Source: an uncultured Acidimicrobiia bacterium
GTDB lineage: Bacteria; Acidobacteriota; Terriglobia; Versatilivoradales; Versatilivoraceae
DNA: 64,000 nt
Direction: 5' to 3'
Assembly (NCBI GenBank): GCA_963786955.1
Contig: CAWBAT010000007.1
Location: 96,001-160,000 of the forward strand
Shown: positions 22,201-30,933 of the stretch, piece by piece
Numbering within the stretch: the first letter of the stretch is position 1
Layout of the letters: each line of letters begins with the position of its first letter
Position numbers and translations under genes: made by a program
Notes under the pieces: generated by a model
The model's input: the letters and a program-made list of their open reading frames with translations, nothing else
What the model was told of the DNA's origin: nothing
Database searches by the model: none

Positions 22201-23333
22201 GGTTTGATTGGAACAATCAGTCGCTGACGGGCAAGCAGAATCGAGCTGGCATCATTCGAATCCACCGCGGCACTGGTATGCGGCTCGATAGGGAATACTC
22301 CCTTGCGGTCATTAATGAGGACCTTCATGCGACGAGGTGCGCCCGAAAGAAAAATGAAGTCAGCCACAAATTGATAAGAGTCTTGAAGATTCCCATCGAG
22401 GTCGAACGCGATCGTATAAGGTTTTTCGATGGAAGGGGCATTCGGCTCGAATCCAATCGAGCCACCTTGATGAGCTGGGAAATCCTTTTCCGGGACACTT
22501 TTCCCTACTGTAAATGTAAGACTCTCGCGTGAGCCGGGAGCAAATTCAATAGACGACCCGTCTGATTTCCCAATACTCCATACAGTGCCCACTGGTTCAG
22601 CAGACCCGAAAAGATTTGATCCACTTGGCTGCGAGCCTCGAAAAATTATGACCAGCAGGAAAAACAGGATGGTGCCCATAGCCCCCCAATAAGCAGACCT
22701 TTGAAGGACAAGGACCTTTCTGCGTTCGATGATGAAAATGCCCGCCCCTAGCGCAATGATCACCCATAAAAGGGTGCTTGATGAATCGGATGGGGACAGT
22801 CGTCCCCATGAGAAGTAAGTAGAGGCGGATCTGCGATCCGCTGCCTCGAAAGTAGTGTTGTGAGATTGACCATCGAGAATGACGGATCTCCTATGATCCT
22901 GGTCACCAAAGGAGACCTGTGTCAAATGGCCGCCCCTGGTAATTTCCGGTAATCGCGAGTCAATTAAGACCTTTGACCACCGGGCATCTCCACGGTAGTG
23001 AGCGCGCAGAATCAGGTGGTGGTCAATTAAAGAGAGGATGGCCCCTGAGATTTCAGGGAGCAGGACCTTCCTATTGCTCCGGAGTTCAATACTTTCGAGT
23101 ATTCTCTGCAGAATGACTGTCCGATGTTGATCCAGTTCGGCGGATTCCAGCGCGCCATTGTGATTTGCGTCGATTTCGGGAAAAAAACTCAAATCAAAAG
23201 GGTTGAGAAGCAACTCCAAGTGCACATAGTTCGCATCTGGCACGAGAGTCAGATAGCTAACCGGAAGAGTATGGCCACTCACCCAAGAGGAAAAGCCGAG
23301 TACCCATAAAAGGGTTATTTTGATTTTCTTCAC
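19203..23333 (-). CDS. Fusion: HupE/UreJ-associated-like N-terminal domain with EF-hand-like loop + 2 TM + PL4-III-like domain + GH38-like hydrolase
   Basis: HTLPVSY, DANHNGALESAEL and two hydrophobic helices, then HNDVGYTD, DEHTWGA and YVMNNYWFTNY. Paralogous to 369-3869. Confidence 0.7.
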   Translation of the reverse strand: MKKIKITLLWVLGFSSWVSGHTLPVSYLTLVPDANYVHLELLLNPFDLSFFPEIDANHNGALESAELDQHRTVILQRILESIELRSNRKVLLPEISGAILSLIDHHLILRAHYRGDARWSKVLIDSRLPEITRGGHLTQVSFGDQDHRRSVILDGQSHNTTFEAADRRSASTYFSWGRLSPSDSSSTLLWVIIALGAGIFIIERRKVLVLQRSAYWGAMGTILFFLLVIIFRGSQPSGSNLFGSAEPVGTVWSIGKSDGSSIEFAPGSRESLTFTVGKSVPEKDFPAHQGGSIGFEPNAPSIEKPYTIAFDLDGNLQDSYQFVADFIFLSGAPRRMKVLINDRKGVFPIEPHTSAAVDSNDASSILLARQRLIVPIKPSWLNPKSNQITLIPVGIGSLDYDALALRKATSDGIEKVSGISLEPTVFYREKGGNLFEVCKLRIPFDRPFKKGTATVQLGEVRLQQQLTPPGDDFGVVIENLEVPALYQPASAEIKIELDGKSQQASHSFTPAKQWKVYICPKVHNDVGYTDVQPHVNELDTRNTDTVLDILEKFPFFKFNFETAWLVDNYLDTRPPQYRKLFLNWAAKGRAAINAFYLNLMTGICSGEELYRAMYFTQSLHREHGSNFDFACLTDAPSHSWFLPTLLNDVGIKAFSNGSNQTRAPILQLSSLNEDSPFYWEGMNGERIMMWYARSYSQWKRLTGPGYLEAVASYEYLKTSVPQFLLRYLREDYPLDAVMVYGAYVDNAAIPKTAEAPLIEQWNREFQYPKLVVATDADYFQYIQKHYPDRLKVYRGDAGAYWEDGAASTAKATTLNRHSQQILPLAETLSGLATLFEPRFRYPAEDFRAAWKNVMFYDEHTWGAYSSILQPDREFVTRQWEIKETYATRANLDARNLLARSLNRLCQQMAVEGDTIFAFNLHNEKRSAPVEVELDKARYVVDLATQQPIPLDVVFEKDGWRKVRFMAVDVPAFGYKGYALRSLEKVPPTSAENLKLTGNTIESPYYRLTVDNRNGSIKSLFDKAANREMVDSSAAYGLNQYLYVSGGQDTRLIDNVYGRAIANLAIDSPTSAEVLEITKTPFGQRLVVETSAKNTPHLRTEYIVYDAIKRVDISNVVTRTETRAKEAIYFAYPFSSGKPFFEYQIQNGWVRPNEDQLPGACREWFTTQNLVHVKDGDYSIAWSTPDAPLITLTDINRGKWPKQLEINNGHVFSYVMNNYWFTNYKAAQGGDFQFRYSLTSGSSIAREQLSRFDADTRTPVLAYPLLSTFSANVENTDRPVSATSGSFMRQESENLQLVVIKAAEDGDGYIFRFRETAGKSGQAELSLPTIRVNEAYLCNGVEVNKEQLLSTANTVRFPYKANAYVTLRLRADGAQRK

Positions 23334-23453
23334 GTAAGTGTCTCAACAAGGAAATAGCTATTATTGGTGATAAAATGTGACGTAAATTTCGAAATCATCG
23401 TTCCATGCAGCAATCTATAATGATTTCTCCTTCCAGGGACTTTGACTTCTAGC

Positions 23454-23846
23454 CTAAATTTCAGAAATTGTTTTGCTCTTTAACAGTGTGACCCAAATTT
23501 CTCGAACCTTTTGCCAATCGTCATGGAAAGGACAGAGAGCCTCAGAAGGGCATGATCCTCGGCCGAGGACGCAGGTATCGAAATCGGGATCGGTCTCCAG
23601 GGAGTGGACAATGTCCCACAGAGTGATTGTGTCGGGCGAGCGGTTTAGCTCATATCCTCCATGAATCCCTTTCACAGACCGGAGCAGACGATGACGACGC
23701 AACTCACCCAGAACCTTCCGAAGAAACACTGGCGGAATTTGTTCGTGCGAAGCAATCTCTTCTAGACCGCAACGACGATTCTTAGGCTGATTGGCCAAGT
23801 AAGCCAACGCCAATATGCCGTATCCAGTTGCTTTAGAGAGGATCAT
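23454..23846 (-). CDS. Rrf2-family transcriptional regulator, probably Fe-S binding
   Basis: SVKGIHGGYEL wHTH signature; C-x6-C-x5-C-x2-H (CVLGRGSCPSEALCPFH). Confidence 0.9.
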   Translation of the reverse strand: MILSKATGYGILALAYLANQPKNRRCGLEEIASHEQIPPVFLRKVLGELRRHRLLRSVKGIHGGYELNRSPDTITLWDIVHSLETDPDFDTCVLGRGSCPSEALCPFHDDWQKVREIWVTLLKSKTISEI

Positions 23847-23952
23847 GAGGAAACCATACTTGTGTACCCTTTTGTCCTTAATGAATGATTGATTTAAAGT
23901 CTTCTGAAGAACAATAATTAGAGAGCATTAATTTTCTGATGAAGAGGCATCA

Positions 23953-24615
23953 ATGCGATTCGGCGAGATCAAACAGATGGTGGAGAGTACATCCGATGCA
24001 GCTTTTGTGGTGGATGCTTCCGGACTGATCGTTGCGTGGAATCATGCAGCTGAAGGGATGTTCGAAAAACCGGCTGCCGATGTGATGGGTAAACCTTGCG
24101 GGCAGATTCTTCAAGGGGCCAATGAACGTGGACCGGTCTGCTCTCGCGACTGCACGATTCAGCAGGCGGTGCGGAAGCATCACCCGGTCCACAATTTTGA
24201 CCTACAAGTCAAAACTTCGAAGGGTGTCGAGTGGTGCAACGTTTCGGTACTGGTGGCAGAAGAGATGTATCCTTCGGGGCCGTATTCAATTCACATTGTT
24301 CGTTCGATTGATACGGGCAAACGGCTGGAGATTCTTCTCCGTGATTTCGCGCAAGTCCAGTCTCATTCGGAAGGTGGAATGGAGAATCTTGGACTGAACT
24401 TGAACCGGTCACCGGTTGTGGAGACGAATCTGACAAAACGGGAATTGGAAATCCTTCGGGTCCTTGCTAAAGGGGGGACGACATCCAGTATCGCGACCGA
24501 ACTTCACATCAGTCGCACAACCGTCAACAATCACGTGCAGAACATTCTGCGCAAATTGGATGTGCATACTCGCCTGGAAGCCATCCGACGTGCCGAGTAC
24601 GCTGGGCTTATCTAG
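23953..24615 (+). CDS. PAS-domain LuxR-family transcriptional regulator
   Basis: PAS domain (AWNHAAEGMF) with a Cys cluster; LuxR HTH LTKRELEILRVL...TVNNHVQNILRKL. Confidence 0.9.
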   Translation: MRFGEIKQMVESTSDAAFVVDASGLIVAWNHAAEGMFEKPAADVMGKPCGQILQGANERGPVCSRDCTIQQAVRKHHPVHNFDLQVKTSKGVEWCNVSVLVAEEMYPSGPYSIHIVRSIDTGKRLEILLRDFAQVQSHSEGGMENLGLNLNRSPVVETNLTKRELEILRVLAKGGTTSSIATELHISRTTVNNHVQNILRKLDVHTRLEAIRRAEYAGLI

Positions 24616-24706
24616 CTTTTGGAGCGCAGGCATCCTGCCCGCTCAGGGAGCGTAAGCATTGTCGAAAAGACCTTACAAACAGAAGCTGTGCGCCGCGGCT
24701 TCGGTA

Positions 24707-25405
24707 TTACTGGCTTCCGCGTTGGGTTGCCGCTTTGCAGGCTTGAAGAAAAGTGGCCGGAGAGACGTAGGTTGGAATATCCCGGGGGGGCTGATCCTTG
24801 GTGAGCAGGAGCACGGTTGGAAAGCCTCTCCCGTTGAATCGGTCGAAAAGGGCCATATCGGGTTTCCCATGTTCCGGGTTGACGCTGACATAAAGAATAC
24901 TATTGAGGTATTGCTTTACTTCCGCCTGACTTAAGACATCGCGCTCCAATCGGGCGCAATAACCACACCAGTCCGCATAAAAGTACAGCACAATGGGTTT
25001 GCCATTTTCTTGCTGCAGGCGCAACGCCTCCTTGTAACCGACTGAGTCTTTATATCGCGAGGAGCGAGCATTCTCCCGGATGCTGGCTTGGGAAGCTGCG
25101 GAAGCATTTTTTGCCTTCGTAGGGGCTGCAGCCGGCACCGGCGCGCCACGAATGACTTCGACCCGAACGGGCTGGTCGCGGGAAGGATCGGCCGGAGTCG
25201 GTTTCTGTTTTTGAATGCGTTTCACGTCGGCACGCGGGATCTTTTGGATGCCGGAGGCATCCTGATACTTCAGATCCTCTCCCTCTTCCCAGGATTTGTC
25301 GACCACGAGAACGGTTCCATTCTTCAGGTAGATGACATCTCCAAAGAGCGCCAATGTACCGGAGAGAACAAGAGACAGACTCAATCCGATCAAAGTTTTC
25401 ATCAC
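24707..25405 (-). CDS. Secreted thioredoxin-family protein
   Basis: Signal peptide, YFYADWCGYC and GFPTVL. Confidence 0.8.
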   Translation of the reverse strand: MMKTLIGLSLSLVLSGTLALFGDVIYLKNGTVLVVDKSWEEGEDLKYQDASGIQKIPRADVKRIQKQKPTPADPSRDQPVRVEVIRGAPVPAAAPTKAKNASAASQASIRENARSSRYKDSVGYKEALRLQQENGKPIVLYFYADWCGYCARLERDVLSQAEVKQYLNSILYVSVNPEHGKPDMALFDRFNGRGFPTVLLLTKDQPPRDIPTYVSPATFLQACKAATQRGSQ

Positions 25406-25466
25406 TTCACCTCCATGATTTATCAGGCATTATGGTAATCGAGTTGACGATAATCCAGAGCATGTA

Positions 25467-26255
25467 TTAAGGGCAAAGGCTTCCCAGCTCCGTCTTACTC
25501 TGATCCGATGGTTTCACGCCACGTTCGCGGAGCTTGGAGACAAACTCTGCGAACGAGGCCAGTTCCGCGCGAGTATTCTCTGCGGAGTGCGATACTTCCA
25601 CCTTAAGGTTCCCTCCTGGGAGTGTCCACTCTTCGATCTTAAATCCCTTAAACTGATAACGCATCATCCGCGATGCACACTTCTTCGGGACGGCATGGAG
25701 AGACGGCGGCGGCTGTTGCGCTGTGAGCGTGCAGCTATAAGAATAGACACGGTTGGGCAGCCCGGTTCCTACAAAGGAGAAGTCCACTTCCTCACCTTTC
25801 TCGTAGGGGCTATCATTTGGGCACTCCCACTCCTCACCCAGCGGCTGAGTTCGACGATACTTCAATCGGATCTCCGTTTTGCCTCCCGCCTTACGGCGTT
25901 GTCTGAGAATCGTGGTTGAATCCGGGGGAGCATTCGAAGGTGGTTTGAGATCATAGTATCGAACCTCGAAAGCCTCTCCAGTCTTTTGGGGTGCGTTGAA
26001 GAATGCCAGAACCTCCTGGGCGTTTGCGAACCCTCCTTCAGAAGGGTTCCAGCGCACCGCATATTCTGCCCGGGCAGGCTCCCGCGCACCTGACTCCGAG
26101 CTAACGGGATCACTGGGTGGGGAATCGCTTTTGGCTGAGGCCGAAAATTCCGAAGAGGAAGCGGCTGCCGGTCCCTTCTCAATGCTGGCTGGCTGGTTGC
26201 ACCCAATCATTAAAAAGATGGCCGCGAGATTCCATATCCGGATCACTAGAATCAT
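25467..26255 (-). CDS. Hypothetical lipoprotein, possibly CYTH-like fold
   Basis: Lipobox MIGC; YYD, LRQR and RLKYR motifs weakly resemble CYTH. Overlaps the carbonic anhydrase stop codon (ATGA). Confidence 0.45.
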   Translation of the reverse strand: MILVIRIWNLAAIFLMIGCNQPASIEKGPAAASSSEFSASAKSDSPPSDPVSSESGAREPARAEYAVRWNPSEGGFANAQEVLAFFNAPQKTGEAFEVRYYDLKPPSNAPPDSTTILRQRRKAGGKTEIRLKYRRTQPLGEEWECPNDSPYEKGEEVDFSFVGTGLPNRVYSYSCTLTAQQPPPSLHAVPKKCASRMMRYQFKGFKIEEWTLPGGNLKVEVSHSAENTRAELASFAEFVSKLRERGVKPSDQSKTELGSLCP

Positions 26256-26914
26256 GTTGCGACCTCGGAAACACCATCGAAGAAATCCACAACGCCGGTC
26301 TCGAGCGAGTATTCTGCCCCGACCACGAGAAGGCCCTGCTTTTCAATCAACTGCTCGAGGACCTGCGATCCGCTGCGCAAATGGTTCGTCGAAGCCCGCA
26401 CGTTTGCTTGCACGGCTTGCTTCATGAGCGCATCCAAATCATTAGCAAGATCGGTTGCGAGCAAGGCTTCCACGGATGGTCGGATGCGATTGACGATCGA
26501 CAGCAAGTTACGGGACTGTTTGTCTGTTGGCCGCTGAAGTTCTTCCAGCGTAGCCTGGATGGCGCCACATTGGGAATGCCCCAGCACGACGACCAGTCGA
26601 GTACCAAACCGTTCTGCGGCAAACTCGACACTGCCGACTTGTGAGGGAGCGACGACGTTGCCGGCAACGCGGATGACGAATAGGTCGCCGAGACCTTGAT
26701 CAAATACGATCTCTGCAGGCACTCGCGAGTCAGAGCATCCCAGGATAATCGCAAACGGATACTGCCCGGTTGTGAGCTCTCTCCTTCGGGAATCGCTCAA
26801 TTGGTCGTTGCGGCTCCGAACGTTCATCACGAATCGTCGATTCCCTTCTCGGAGTCGTTCGAGTGCCTCGTGCCCTGGTAACATTGAATAGTCTTCTCCG
26901 GCTTCTGTTCCCAC
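26252..26914 (-). CDS. Beta-class carbonic anhydrase
   Basis: GCSDSRV, IRVAGN and GHSQCGA zinc ligands. Probable start ATG 26884. Confidence 0.95.
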   Translation of the reverse strand: MGTEAGEDYSMLPGHEALERLREGNRRFVMNVRSRNDQLSDSRRRELTTGQYPFAIILGCSDSRVPAEIVFDQGLGDLFVIRVAGNVVAPSQVGSVEFAAERFGTRLVVVLGHSQCGAIQATLEELQRPTDKQSRNLLSIVNRIRPSVEALLATDLANDLDALMKQAVQANVRASTNHLRSGSQVLEQLIEKQGLLVVGAEYSLETGVVDFFDGVSEVAT

Positions 26915-27047
26915 TCGTCTGCCGAGCTGTGAAAAAAATCTGTATTCTGGAAACTCAGGCTTCCCGGCCCAGGGAACGGCAATCGAGGGCAGGGAGACAT
27001 TTCATCTAATTCTCATGTTTTTAATCTTCAGCCAATCAAAGATTATT

Positions 27048-27842
27048 TTACTTCATGATAATTCCTTGCCCAGTGGGCATCGATAATACGTCGGCGCCTA
27101 CCCTTTCGGCCACAGTATCAATTGCATTGGTTTGTTGTTCATATCCGAAATAGGCATAGTCGTCTAACAGCACGATTGCCCCGGGCGAGAGGCGGTCCCA
27201 AAAGAACTGGAGCGCAGCCTGCTCGGGATAGGCGCAATTCATATCAATATGCAGGAACGCCACCTGACTAGTCGAGATTACGGGAAGAATCTCAGGCACA
27301 ATGCCTTGGATGAGGATAGCGCGCGGCCACTCGGCGAAATTCTGACGTACCCTTGCAAGGTCCGTAACATAGGCGCCCGCAGCCAATGCATCTTCGGCCA
27401 CCCGTCGCCGGCCTCGCTCGACTTCGACCGGGTCATATTGATCCAGGGGAGGGCCATTAAAGGTGTCGACGAGATAAAACCGCCTTCCAACCATGTTCCA
27501 ATCAAGATGCTGCATGATGGCGGAACTGATAAATCCTGAGTTGACTCCACATTCAACGAAATCTCCTGGAACTCGCAGGCACATTTTGGCTGCCCACAAT
27601 GCGACGTGCACGCGCCACTCGAATGCCGAGTCCACGCCATTCGAAGCCGCTATGCCACGTTGATATGCGGCGCGGAAGCTGGGAGCACGCCGGAAGTGAT
27701 CATTGTGGATAGTGATCAAACCATCTTGGTCGTAGCGTGCTGGTTCAGAGTGTTCTTGTTCAGCGGGTGGGGGAATCCTCGACACATGAATTCCTGCAGT
27801 AGCAAACCCTTTTTTCAATAGATCTTTGAGCCACCTAGTCAT
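27048..27842 (-). CDS. TylF/MycF/NovP-family O-methyltransferase
   Basis: GDFVECGV, DTFNG, LHIDMN and GAIVLLDDY. Confidence 0.85.
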   Translation of the reverse strand: MTRWLKDLLKKGFATAGIHVSRIPPPAEQEHSEPARYDQDGLITIHNDHFRRAPSFRAAYQRGIAASNGVDSAFEWRVHVALWAAKMCLRVPGDFVECGVNSGFISSAIMQHLDWNMVGRRFYLVDTFNGPPLDQYDPVEVERGRRRVAEDALAAGAYVTDLARVRQNFAEWPRAILIQGIVPEILPVISTSQVAFLHIDMNCAYPEQAALQFFWDRLSPGAIVLLDDYAYFGYEQQTNAIDTVAERVGADVLSMPTGQGIIMK

Positions 27843-27929
27843 TTTGCTGTCGTCCTCCGACTCCTTCTGTTAATAGCAAGCTGCCTTAGTACTGCTATTC
27901 GTAATTACAGTGACGTATCTTAGGATAGG

Positions 27930-28000
27930 CGCCGCGTGAGGTTGGGGCTTTGAGAAAGCCCCAAGCCTACAAAGTTGTAGGCCGGGTCACTGACCCGGCG
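27930..28000. repeat. GTAG-type REP cluster (GTAGGCTTGGGGCTTT..AAAGCCCCAACC plus GTAGGCCGGGTCA..GACCCGGC)
   Basis: Near-identical units recur at 48673-48762 and 59925-59981. Confidence 0.75.
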
Positions 28001-28057
28001 TTAATGTCACCGTATTTATGAAAAGCAGTACTTAGCGAACACTTTGGATAGCATTTC

Positions 28058-28381
28058 CTAACGCATGGGGAGCACCCGCATAATGATGTCTAATTTCTCG
28101 CGGCCGATACCCGACAGATCATTCTCCGTGAGCCAACCTTCATTAACAAGACGAGCGAAAACCAGCAAGAGCATGGAGTAACGATAGTCATATTTCCTGT
28201 CAATTTCACGCTGTTTCTCTGACAAGTAGTCCTGCAGGTCCCAAATGGCGAAATCGTCTTGCATGTTCTTTACCATGACAATGGCCTTTTCTTTTATCGC
28301 CTTCATTTCCCGAGCTAGCGCCAGATCAAATGCAGCCCGGGCAGCTTTTTTCTCGGTGGGTGACCATGAATACCCCTGCAT
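28058..28381 (-). CDS. Fluorescence recovery protein-like (FRP-like) protein
   Basis: WSxxEKxxARAAFxxA..RE..., IWDLQDYLSEKQREIDRKYDYRYS..VFARLVNEGWL closely parallels the cyanobacterial FRP motif LWKLHDFLSAKRHEIDGKYD. Confidence 0.75.
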   Translation of the reverse strand: MQGYSWSPTEKKAARAAFDLALAREMKAIKEKAIVMVKNMQDDFAIWDLQDYLSEKQREIDRKYDYRYSMLLLVFARLVNEGWLTENDLSGIGREKLDIIMRVLPMR

Positions 28382-28556
28382 CTAAATACCCTCCTTTTTT
28401 CGCTGCTGATTTTAGAGATCCTTCGTAAAAGAGTTCAGCCTGCTAAGCACAATTCTTCTCAAGCGCCATGATCAACTCAACGGTATCGAGTGAGTCCATG
28501 ATCTAGCCCCCTGACCCCCAAAGCAATGTTGAAGATGTGAGAACCTGTTTGTGGTT

Positions 28557-29177
28557 TCAACGCGGTGTCGCCACCCCTGCAACTATTGGCTGAATCCATG
28601 GTGCGCCCAGAGCGAGGCGGTCGCTTTCCTGGAAATAGAAGCCACCCCGGCTGATGGTACCTAGAGTCTCTCGATTGGGATGGCAGTTGGCGGCAATTCG
28701 GCGCCACACCGGTGTGATCAGATCCTGGACCCAGGCTCGCCGTGGCTGTTCCGCGCGCAAGTGTTCAATGAGAAGTACTGTCCCCAGCGGCTTGAGTACC
28801 CGGCGCCACTCTCTTATGGCTGCGTCGGGATCGTCGACTGAACATAAGACCAGCGTTGATACGATCGTATCGATCGACTGGTTCGAAACAGGCAATGATT
28901 CGGCTGTGCCTGCGGTTAAGGCGATTGTGGTGCCAACTGCCGCAACCCGAGCCTCTGCCCGCCTCCGCATGTATGGGTCCGGTTCCACCGCGATGATTTC
29001 GGTAATTGCGGATGATGAGTAGTGAGGAAAATTCCTCCCCGTTCCAGCCCCGACCTCCAGGACCTTGCCCTGTGCGGTCCCCAGTAATCTGGCCCGCAGA
29101 GCTGCGAGGAATGCGCGTTCAGTCGATTCCACTAAACGATCGTAAATGGCTGCGGTGATCGGGTGTGAATGTCTCAT
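28557..29177 (-). CDS. Class I SAM-dependent methyltransferase (type 11)
   Basis: VLEVGAGTG, DTIVSTLVLCSV and EH..CHPNR. Confidence 0.9.
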   Translation of the reverse strand: MRHSHPITAAIYDRLVESTERAFLAALRARLLGTAQGKVLEVGAGTGRNFPHYSSSAITEIIAVEPDPYMRRRAEARVAAVGTTIALTAGTAESLPVSNQSIDTIVSTLVLCSVDDPDAAIREWRRVLKPLGTVLLIEHLRAEQPRRAWVQDLITPVWRRIAANCHPNRETLGTISRGGFYFQESDRLALGAPWIQPIVAGVATPR

Positions 29178-29710
29178 AGGTCAGCGTCTTCCAAAAACGA
29201 AAAACGAATTGAAAAACAATTCGCCTTAGCTAATCGCTTGTGATTCAGGCGTTCTTACCCCCCCCTCAAGTCCCCCCTTGGAAAAGGGGGGACGATCTAA
29301 AGGATCATCCGCGGTAAATTTTCTACTTCGGCGCTGCGTACTCCCTTTAAGATAAGTAGGGGACGATTTCGGGCTTGTTCAGGCTTGTATCAGATTTGCC
29401 GGGAGCAACTTCTTGGCCACAGCTGGCGATTTTCTGATTCGATCCTTAATGTCCACTGCCGTCACGTGCCCAGCAAACAAATATTCCGTGTGAGCCGGAG
29501 AACAAGGAAAGCCTATCGGGCGCCCCGAATGATGTCAAGTCATGCAACCTATCCATTCACGCTGATACAGATTCAATCTACCTTTCATAGACATCGAGGG
29601 ACTCTCTCGCTCCCTTTTCAAAAACCGGGCAACGCTTCCATTTCCTCAATCTTCGAGACATGGTACATTTGCCATATGGATCCCATCCCTCTCAACCCCA
29701 ATCTTTTTCA

Positions 29711-30718
29711 ATGAGCCCTCTCATCCAGGTTGACCCCCTTCACCCTCAGGCCGAGCTTATTTCCCAGGCAGCTCGAATCTTGCACGCCGGAGGTCTCGTT
29801 GCCTTTCCCACAGAAACTGTCTATGGGCTGGGCGCCAATGCCCTTGAAGCGAATGCCGTCGAAAAAATCTTCAAGGTGAAGAGACGGCCCAGTTATAACC
29901 CTTTGATCGTCCATGTCAATGACGTTGCGGCCGCACTGCCATTGGTACGAAGATGGCCAGCCGATGCTGAAAAACTTGGAGATGCCTTCTGGCCGGGACC
30001 TTTGACGATGGTATTACCGAAGCGAAAGGAAGTCCCGAATATTGTGACTGCCGGACTGGACTCAGTGGCATTGCGAGTGCCGGCTCACCCGGTGGCACTC
30101 GCATTACTGGAACTTTCAAAGCTACCCGTGGCTGCTCCCAGCGCCAACCGTTCGACGCAACTTTCACCTACAACCGCACAGCATGTTGAGAAATCTCTGG
30201 GTGATGAAGTCGACATCATTCTGGATGGTGGAGCAACTATTTTGGGAATCGAGTCCACGGTTGTTGACTTGACCGGAAATCGACCGGTGCTTTTGCGTCC
30301 GGGAATCATTTCTTGCGAAGAACTGCAGTCGATCCTTGGCGACATCGATGTTCCGGAAAAAACCATTCAAGAGAGTGCTCCGAGGCTCTCGCCAGGCATG
30401 CTGGACCGCCACTATGCGCCTCACGCGTCGATGGCTTTGTTCGACCCAGAGAAGCTCGGTGGAGTCCGAGATATTATCGAAAAAGAACTGGCCAAGGGAG
30501 GAATTGTGGGCGCTCTTCTGTTGACTTCATTTGATCTTCCTCTCCAGCACCCCATTCCGATGCCACTTAACCCCCTCAGTTATGCCCGGCTGCTTTATGC
30601 TTCGTTACATTCACTCGACGATTTGGGGTGCACGCAGATTCTGGTTGAGAAGATTCCGAATGGGCCAGCCTGGGCAGCCATCAGCGACCGGCTGAAGAGA
30701 GCTTCGCGACAGGGGTGA
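29711..30718 (+). CDS. sua5: L-threonylcarbamoyladenylate synthase (Sua5/TsaC with SUA5 domain)
   Basis: AFPTETVYGLGA, KxRPSYNPLIVH, FWPGPLT, AAPSAN and SPGML..HYAP. Start taken at ATG 29711. Confidence 0.92.
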   Translation: MSPLIQVDPLHPQAELISQAARILHAGGLVAFPTETVYGLGANALEANAVEKIFKVKRRPSYNPLIVHVNDVAAALPLVRRWPADAEKLGDAFWPGPLTMVLPKRKEVPNIVTAGLDSVALRVPAHPVALALLELSKLPVAAPSANRSTQLSPTTAQHVEKSLGDEVDIILDGGATILGIESTVVDLTGNRPVLLRPGIISCEELQSILGDIDVPEKTIQESAPRLSPGMLDRHYAPHASMALFDPEKLGGVRDIIEKELAKGGIVGALLLTSFDLPLQHPIPMPLNPLSYARLLYASLHSLDDLGCTQILVEKIPNGPAWAAISDRLKRASRQG

Positions 30719-30933
30719 GAAATAAATTCTTGAGTGAGCAGACGTAGTTCCATACCTGGACGAAGGGGGAGCGCTGCAGCGAGTGTTCCCTACGATAGGT
30801 AGGGAGCGCAATTGTAGGGAACGGACGCTGTTCCGTTCCTTGTTGAGAGCAGAGATCAATCTCGTATAGTGCTTCAAGTGAAGGAATTTTACGGAGAGCC
30901 TTTCCTGTAGAGATACAGACTGTTAAGGAGATT

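Noticed and set aside
23340-23950. CRP/FNR-type boxes near the Rrf2 and PAS-LuxR promoters
   Set aside because: Only half-sites (TGTGA, TTGAT) without matching partner halves.
29385-29714. 109-aa ORF upstream of sua5
   Set aside because: No recognisable motif or RBS; probably the divergent promoter region.
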